A DNA stretch of 41,086 nt from NCBI GenBank assembly GCA_018920305.1, contig JAHLMO010000004.1:1-41086 (forward strand). Reading direction: 5' to 3'. The stretch is from Candidatus Aenigmatarchaeota archaeon. Lineage in GTDB: Archaea; Aenigmatarchaeota; Aenigmatarchaeia; CG10238-14; SpSt-28. The stretch's first letter is position 1. Each line of letters opens with the position of its first letter. Below are positions 35,423 through 41,086 of the stretch, piece after piece. Under the pieces are notes generated by a model that saw only the letters and a program-made list of their open reading frames with translations, was not told the DNA's origin and did not search any database. The position numbers and the translations under genes were made by a program.

Positions 35423-35806
35423 ATGAAAATATTTGAGATTATAATTATTTTAATTTTTACACTTTTTTCTTTAATAATTATCTTTCAATATTTTTTTGAA
35501 AATAGATTAGAAATAAAAGAAAAAGAGATTGTAATAAATTCGAAAGAAAATTATTTATCTAAAATAAGAGATTTAATAGTTAGTTGCTTTAATGAGAATA
35601 AAAAAGAAAATAAAATAATTGTGTGCTACAAAATAAATTATTTAGGAAAAAACGAAATTAAAAAGAAAGAGATCGAAAAAGCAATCTCCAATTTAAATAT
35701 ATATGTTGAAATAAATTTTGAAACAATTAATACAAACGAGAAAACTATAATTGTTTATTCTATTGATAAAATTGTATTGAAAAAAGCAAAAGAGATAATA
35801 GGTTAA
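35423..35806 (+). CDS. Small pilin-like protein
   Basis: MKIFEIIIIL TM; paired Cys (SCF...VCY). Confidence 0.7.
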   Translation: MKIFEIIIILIFTLFSLIIIFQYFFENRLEIKEKEIVINSKENYLSKIRDLIVSCFNENKKENKIIVCYKINYLGKNEIKKKEIEKAISNLNIYVEINFETINTNEKTIIVYSIDKIVLKKAKEIIG

Positions 35807-36285
35807 AATATCTCAACTTTAGTAAAATTTCTATACAAAGTAACTACAATTTCAAATTCCTTAATTCCATAGAAAGATTTAATAATAAAATCTAAAAACT
35901 CTTTTCTTCTTTCAAAATGATAAGTTTTCATGCTTGCGTTACAGCTCAATTTTTCACATTTTATTCTTTCATCTTTATAAGCTATACATAGAAATTCGCC
36001 TTCAATAACTTTATCTTTAATATCGTTTAAATTATCTAGTTTTGTAATACTTATAGGATAAACAAAAAGTGCTCGAACGTTTTCATTTAATATAATTTTT
36101 TCGTCTTCTTGAGAAAACGGAAAACTCCAACACATGTTTTCTATCTTATTTCTTAAATTATAAAAACTTTTAAAAACTTTGTTTCTACTTTCTTCCTCTC
36201 TATATATACCAAACAAATAAACAAAAGTGAATAAAAGAATTATCGAAACTATTGCTGCAAAAATTATTTGAAACGGTATTTCCAT
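35803..36285 (-). CDS. Small pilin-like protein
   Basis: MEIPFQIIFAAIV TM; MC...LC...CEKLSC. Confidence 0.7.
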   Translation of the reverse strand: MEIPFQIIFAAIVSIILLFTFVYLFGIYREEESRNKVFKSFYNLRNKIENMCWSFPFSQEDEKIILNENVRALFVYPISITKLDNLNDIKDKVIEGEFLCIAYKDERIKCEKLSCNASMKTYHFERRKEFLDFIIKSFYGIKEFEIVVTLYRNFTKVEIF

Positions 36286-36287
36286 AA

Positions 36288-36809
36288 CTATGCAATAATT
36301 TCTATTTGATTAGAATCTAAATATTTTATTATTACTATATCATCTTTTCGAATATATCTGTTTTCTACATTCCATACTATATCATCTCTATATCCACAAT
36401 TATAACTTTGAAACTGAAGAGTTCTACAATTATCGTAATCTCTCAAAACTTTTGAAATGTTATGTGGAAAAATTTTGAAATCCTTTGATGTATGGAAAGA
36501 AATTTTAAAGCAATAATGTGTTTTAAAATTTTTATATTTTTCAGCTTCTATCCAACATTTAATCAAATAAGATGTAAATTTTCTTATAATTTCATCTTCA
36601 TCTTCAGAAAAAATTTTTATACTTTCGATATTTTCCTCAATTTTACATTTTTCTGGAATTTTTTGGTTTGGAAAAATTTTTGTATATAAGTTACAATAGA
36701 AATAATTTGAGATATTTTCCTTCCAAAAGATTATTATACTAATTGAAATAAGTAAAGCTGCAATTCCTATAACAAAATACCAATTAATTTCAATTGCAAT
36801 TAATTTCAT
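36288..36809 (-). CDS. Small pilin-like protein
   Basis: MKLIAIE plus TM; KCW...HYCF Cys pair. Confidence 0.7.
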   Translation of the reverse strand: MKLIAIEINWYFVIGIAALLISISIIIFWKENISNYFYCNLYTKIFPNQKIPEKCKIEENIESIKIFSEDEDEIIRKFTSYLIKCWIEAEKYKNFKTHYCFKISFHTSKDFKIFPHNISKVLRDYDNCRTLQFQSYNCGYRDDIVWNVENRYIRKDDIVIIKYLDSNQIEIIA

Positions 36810-36844
36810 AATAAATATTATTTTTGTTTCTAAATTTTAGAATT

Positions 36845-38911
36845 ATGATTTCTGAAGAAAAACTTCAAAAATTAAAAAAAGAATTTTCTGATGTTTATAT
36901 CGAATTTTATCTAAGAGAATTAGAAAAAAAGGAAAGAAAAAATTGGTATGAAAAACTTTGTTATATTTCATCTAAAATTATTCCTTTGAAAATCGAAAAT
37001 AAAAAATTAAGTGAAGATATAGTTTTTTCAAATTTAAATGTTTTACCGAGTGAAGTAATTTCTTTGGCTTTATTTTCTTTTATTTTTCTTTTTATAATTT
37101 TCATCCCCCTTTATTTCGTTTTTACTGATATTGGAATTTTTTTATTTATAGTTCCAATAGGAGTTTCTTTTATACTTTATAACTATCCTAGTTTTAAAGC
37201 ACAAGTAAATAAAATTCAAACTAATAGCGAAGCGATTAAAATTATAACTTATTTAGTTTTATATTTAGAGCAAAATCCAAATTTTGAGGCTGCACTAGAA
37301 TTTACTTCTAGGAAAGTTAAAGGAATATTAGCTGACGATATAAGAAAAATAATATGGGATCTAAAAACAGGAAGATTTTCTAATTTAAAACAAGCTATTG
37401 AATTTTATGTTCCAAAATGGATGAAATGGAATGAAAATTTTGTTAGAACGTTAATTTTATTATCTAATATAGGCTATGTTACTTCTCAAGAAGAAAGAAG
37501 AAATTTGTTGAGAAAAGCACTAGATTTTATTTTATCGAAAAATTTAGAAGAAACAAAAATATATGTAGAAAAAGTTAGAAATCCAATAACACTTCTTTTT
37601 ATGTTTGGCTTATTAATGCCATCAATTGGTTTAATTATGTTTCCCATGATTTCTGTTTTTTTGCATTTGTCTGTAAAACCAGGATATATAATTTTTGGAT
37701 ATTTAGTTGTTTTGCCATTATTGAATTTATATTTAATAACTAGAACTATTTCTTTAAGGCCTGGAGCTTTTTTGGTAGTAGATATTTCTAAACATCCTAA
37801 ATTAGCTCCAACAAATTATTTTTATTTGGGAAAAAATTTAATTCCAATAATACCTTTAGTGATTATTGTTTTCTTAATAATAAGTCTCTATGGATTTTTG
37901 CATTTTATTGATTTTTACTCAGAATATTATAAACTTTTAAATATAGGTGCTGAAAGAAAGTTAGAAGAGTTAATAAGAGAGGAAAATAGCATAGAAAATA
38001 TCGGAAATTTAATTGCCAGCTTTCTTATTCCATTAGCTTTAGGAGTTTCTTTATTTCTATATTTTTATTTAAATTCCTTTCAGAAAATTAAAATGAGAAA
38101 AGAAGTTAAAGATATAGAAGAAGATCTTCCTAATCTTTTAGTAACGAGCGGAAATTTTTTGGAATCTGGATATCCAATTGAGAAAACAATAGAAAAAACT
38201 TTAGAAGAGTATGAAAGATTAGGATTAAAAGAAAAACCTGGTTACAAATTTTTTAGTCTTTTAAGAGAAAGAATAATGAAATTTGGAGAAAATGTTAACT
38301 TAGCAATATTTGGTAAGAATGGATTAATTAATTATTTTCCTTCAGTATTATTAGAAGAGGTGTTTAGAATTTTAATAGATACAACTTATAAAAGTGTAAG
38401 AAGTGCAGGTAACATAGCAAAAACTATAGCGAGATATTTAGAAAATATATTTCAAGCTGAATTTAGACTAAAAGAATTGTTAAGCGATGTTAGAGGTAAT
38501 TTGAAAATGCAAGCACAATTTTTAATTCCAATAATTACTGGAATAGTTTCTTCCACAGGAATATTTATTATTAATATGCTTGCAATTTTATCTAATTGGT
38601 TAGGAGAATTAGAAAAAGCTTTCGGAGCAGTTGGAACATTTAAAGAAATTATTGATGTAATGGTCGGAGATTTTAGAAAAGTAATTCCACTAACAGTTTT
38701 ACAAGCTGTTGTTGGATGTTATACTGTTATTGCAATAGTCTTAATGTCTTATTTACTTAGTGGAATAGAAAGTGGGTTTGATAGAGTTGCAAGAGATTAT
38801 GAAATTGCTGAAAATTTAAAATTTGGATTAATAATATATTTTATAGTTGGAATTATGAGTTTAATTGTATTTTCACAAATTACTCAACAATTAAAACTAG
38901 GACTAACTTAA
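36845..38911 (+). CDS. Type IV pilus/T2SS-F membrane platform protein (TadB/TadC, ArlJ-like; two T2SSF domains)
   Basis: Multi-TM; PNFEAAL.F......G.LA; IEEDLP..L...GN.L.SG.PIE; context among pilin-like genes. Start taken at ATG 36845. Confidence 0.78.
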   Translation: MISEEKLQKLKKEFSDVYIEFYLRELEKKERKNWYEKLCYISSKIIPLKIENKKLSEDIVFSNLNVLPSEVISLALFSFIFLFIIFIPLYFVFTDIGIFLFIVPIGVSFILYNYPSFKAQVNKIQTNSEAIKIITYLVLYLEQNPNFEAALEFTSRKVKGILADDIRKIIWDLKTGRFSNLKQAIEFYVPKWMKWNENFVRTLILLSNIGYVTSQEERRNLLRKALDFILSKNLEETKIYVEKVRNPITLLFMFGLLMPSIGLIMFPMISVFLHLSVKPGYIIFGYLVVLPLLNLYLITRTISLRPGAFLVVDISKHPKLAPTNYFYLGKNLIPIIPLVIIVFLIISLYGFLHFIDFYSEYYKLLNIGAERKLEELIREENSIENIGNLIASFLIPLALGVSLFLYFYLNSFQKIKMRKEVKDIEEDLPNLLVTSGNFLESGYPIEKTIEKTLEEYERLGLKEKPGYKFFSLLRERIMKFGENVNLAIFGKNGLINYFPSVLLEEVFRILIDTTYKSVRSAGNIAKTIARYLENIFQAEFRLKELLSDVRGNLKMQAQFLIPIITGIVSSTGIFIINMLAILSNWLGELEKAFGAVGTFKEIIDVMVGDFRKVIPLTVLQAVVGCYTVIAIVLMSYLLSGIESGFDRVARDYEIAENLKFGLIIYFIVGIMSLIVFSQITQQLKLGLT

Positions 38912-38912
38912 T

Positions 38913-39287
38913 ATGTTACCTTTAAATATAATATTTTTAGTAATTATAAGTATAATTGCTGTTATTATAGTTACTATTTTGATTTTAAATGTTAGAGGAA
39001 TTACTTTGGAAAAAATATTAGATTTCTTACATATATATAAACCTTCTTACGAATTTCAAACATGTATTACGAGATTTATTAGTGAAAATAATGTAGATTT
39101 AGATAAATTGTGTAATATATGTAAAAATATTGGAAAAAAAATAAAAAGAAATTGTATTTGTTTTGCTGTGCATGCTAATGAAATATCTTTTTCAAAATGC
39201 GAAAATAGATGTCAAAATATATATGATAACAAAGTTTTATTGATTAGATATTCTTTGGCAGAAGATTTGTCATTTATAGAGTGCTAA
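38913..39287 (+). CDS. Small pilin-like protein
   Basis: MLPLNIIFLVII TM; LCNIC...CICF. Confidence 0.7.
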   Translation: MLPLNIIFLVIISIIAVIIVTILILNVRGITLEKILDFLHIYKPSYEFQTCITRFISENNVDLDKLCNICKNIGKKIKRNCICFAVHANEISFSKCENRCQNIYDNKVLLIRYSLAEDLSFIEC

Positions 39288-39679
39288 TTTATAAAATATA
39301 CGATTTTCTTCTCTTTATTATAAATAATTAATAAATAATTTTTTTCTCTATCGAAATTTTCAATATTTATTTTATTGAAATTATCTATAGTTATACCTTG
39401 AAAGTTTCTAGTTGACTTTAAATAAAAACATGTATAAATACTTATATCTAACTTACTATTTTCAGCTTTTTGTGCACATAGATTAGCAAGTTCTATCAAA
39501 TAATTTGTAGAAAATTTTTCCTTACTAATTATTTCTACTTCAAAACTTTCTAGTTGCTTTTTTTCTTCAGAAAAGCCATGTATGGCATCTTTTATATTAA
39601 AAAAAAAGATGATAAAAACGATAGCTGCTATCATAGACAATATAAAAATAAACACAGTTTCTATTGCGATAACTTTCAT
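39284..39679 (-). CDS. Small pilin-like protein
   Basis: MKVIAIETVFIFILS TM; LC...TCFYL. Confidence 0.72.
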   Translation of the reverse strand: MKVIAIETVFIFILSMIAAIVFIIFFFNIKDAIHGFSEEKKQLESFEVEIISKEKFSTNYLIELANLCAQKAENSKLDISIYTCFYLKSTRNFQGITIDNFNKINIENFDREKNYLLIIYNKEKKIVYFIN

Positions 39680-39784
39680 AAATCTAAAAAAGTAATTTAT
39701 TTATTTAAGATATATTTATTTATGAACAAACATACAATGGTAGATAAATATATTATAGCAAAAGAAAATTATTTAAAAAGAACA

Positions 39785-39967
39785 ATGAAATTAAGCTTTT
39801 TGAAAGTAACATTTATTATATTTCTTGTAATCCTTGTAACTTCTATTATTTTAATATTTACTACTAAAGAAAAAGACGAAATACCACCGTTTCCATCAAT
39901 GATTGAAACTGAAGTAGAAGAAGAAATACCTCCTTTTCCGCCATTTCCACAAGAAGAAGGAATATAA
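39785..39967 (+). CDS. Small membrane-anchored acidic proline-rich protein (60 aa)
   Basis: MKLSFLK plus TM, then EIPPFP twice. The upstream part of the ORF-track call overlaps the opposite-strand gene. Confidence 0.65.
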   Translation: MKLSFLKVTFIIFLVILVTSIILIFTTKEKDEIPPFPSMIETEVEEEIPPFPPFPQEEGI

Positions 39968-39992
39968 AATTTAAGCTTTCGAGGTTTTGAAG

Positions 39993-40007
39993 CGAAAAGT
40001 ATATATA
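39993..40007 (+). promoter_or_regulatory. BRE + TATA box
   Basis: CGAAAAG TATATATA ending about 25 nt before ATG 40032. Confidence 0.65.
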
Positions 40008-40031
40008 GGGGTTCCTTTATATTATTAATTT

Positions 40032-41086
40032 ATGAATATAAAAAGCGTTAATATTTTACTAATATTGTTTACATTAATAATAACTTTATTTATTTCTTTT
40101 TCTGAAAATGATTATATTGAATCAAAATTAGAATTAAATTTGAATAGAGGATGGAATTTAATTTCGATACCGTTTGAAAAATATAAAATAGAATATAATG
40201 ACTGTCAAATTAGAAGTATATTTAGCTATGAAAACAGAGAATGGAAAAGAGTAAATATAAATAACTTAGAACCAGGAAAGGGATATTTTATAAGAGTTAA
40301 TAATAATTGTAAGATAGTTATTTCAGGAACAATAAAAACTGATGTAGAAAAAGTTATTAAATTAGATAGAGGATGGAATTTAATTGGAGTAATATCTCCT
40401 ATTCCAGTAGGATATATTTTAGATAGGTATAATGTTTCAAAAATTTATGTTTTTGAGAATGGACAATGGAGAGAATTGAAAGAAAATGATTTATTAGAAC
40501 CAGGAAATGGATATGCTATAAGAACTACTGCTAATATCGAATTGAGATTAGAAGGAATGTTGGGAACATATCTTGCAAGAACAAGTAGTATAGAATGTGA
40601 TGTCCCATCTGAGGCATTTGTTGGAGATAAAGTAGTTATAAGATGTATTTGTAATTTTTATCCTTTAGGAGGTTTAGAAGGAAGGTTAATATCTCCATCT
40701 AAAAATGGGGAATATTCTAGAACTTACCCTATTTATTACGCTTGTAGAAGTAAATTTCGAACTTATTCTTTTTCATTCGACGCAAATATAGAGGGTACTT
40801 GGAGATTTGTAATTAATAGAGGTATATCAGAAGTAGTAAATGAATATAGAATAAATGTAAAAAAACCATTGACTCAGCAACAGTGTAAAATAGAATGTGA
40901 TCCAATTCCATCTGAAGCATACATAGGAGATAAGGTAAACATAACTTGTAAATGTAGTGGATGTGAAAGACCTATACAAGTATATGTTAAACCTATTGTA
41001 ACAGACGTGATTGAATCAATTTTCCCTCTTGGGAAATATACATTTAAAATTGGGGAAGGTATGTGCTCAATAAATGGTACATATAT
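40032..41086 (+). CDS. Secreted surface protein, 3'-truncated by the window edge (two GWNLI...LEPG.GY repeats followed by Cys-containing Ig-like modules)
   Basis: Not in the ORF track (no stop codon). Manual translation: MNIKSVNILLILF...RGWNLISIP...LEPGKGYFI...RGWNLIGV...LEPGNGYAI...IECDVPSEAFVGDKV...IECDPIPSEAYIGDKV. Confidence 0.85.
   Translation, partial: MNIKSVNILLILFTLIITLFISFSENDYIESKLELNLNRGWNLISIPFEKYKIEYNDCQIRSIFSYENREWKRVNINNLEPGKGYFIRVNNNCKIVISGTIKTDVEKVIKLDRGWNLIGVISPIPVGYILDRYNVSKIYVFENGQWRELKENDLLEPGNGYAIRTTANIELRLEGMLGTYLARTSSIECDVPSEAFVGDKVVIRCICNFYPLGGLEGRLISPSKNGEYSRTYPIYYACRSKFRTYSFSFDANIEGTWRFVINRGISEVVNEYRINVKKPLTQQQCKIECDPIPSEAYIGDKVNITCKCSGCERPIQVYVKPIVTDVIESIFPLGKYTFKIGEGMCSINGTY

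Noticed and set aside
1229-36689. Short antisense or alternate-frame ORFs (e.g. 1229-1465, 1548-1778, 3158-3382, 4872-5099, 9933-10250, 13801-14100, 16053-16640, 20534-20773, 22918-23190, 30869-31195, 36492-36689)
   Set aside because: They overlap well-supported genes and have shadow-ORF composition (F/S/L/I-rich) with no motifs.
1-41086. Alternative genetic code or mobile element (integrase, transposase, provirus)
   Set aside because: Conserved genes translate full-length with the standard code, and no recombinase, transposase, terminal repeats or viral hallmark genes were recognised.

Overview
Gene-dense, very AT-rich archaeal chromosome segment, most consistent with a thermophilic DPANN archaeon (Aenigmarchaeota/Nanoarchaeota-like). 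Evidence: archaeal RpoN/RpoK, Alba, Taw1, Trm1 and Sec11, tiny intergenic gaps, and a GC-rich stand-alone 23S rRNA gene. Layout: (1) 1-6006 is an accessory region with the trailer end of a CRISPR array, an Fpg/Nei glycosylase, two tandem paralogous alpha-helical repeat proteins built from 35/44-aa modules with hypervariable positions (one carries a C-terminal GNAT-like domain), a Pyrobaculum-like superoxide dismutase and an orphan nucleotidyltransferase. (2) 6069-25364 is housekeeping: UDG, three glycogen-type glycosyltransferases, CysRS, EndoV, several tRNA-modification enzymes and an ABC exporter. (3) 25578-28599 is an unlinked 23S rRNA gene with a perfect bulge-helix-bulge processing stem and unusual substitutions in the peptidyl-transferase centre and sarcin-ricin loop. 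(4) 29080-41086 is a type IV pilus-like/surface locus with many pilin-like proteins lacking the canonical cleavage glycine, including a Zn-peptidase-bearing and a beta-propeller-bearing member. The best candidate for an undescribed system is the shuffled variable-repeat protein pair at 839-4223. All family calls come from motif recognition by eye; no database search was run.
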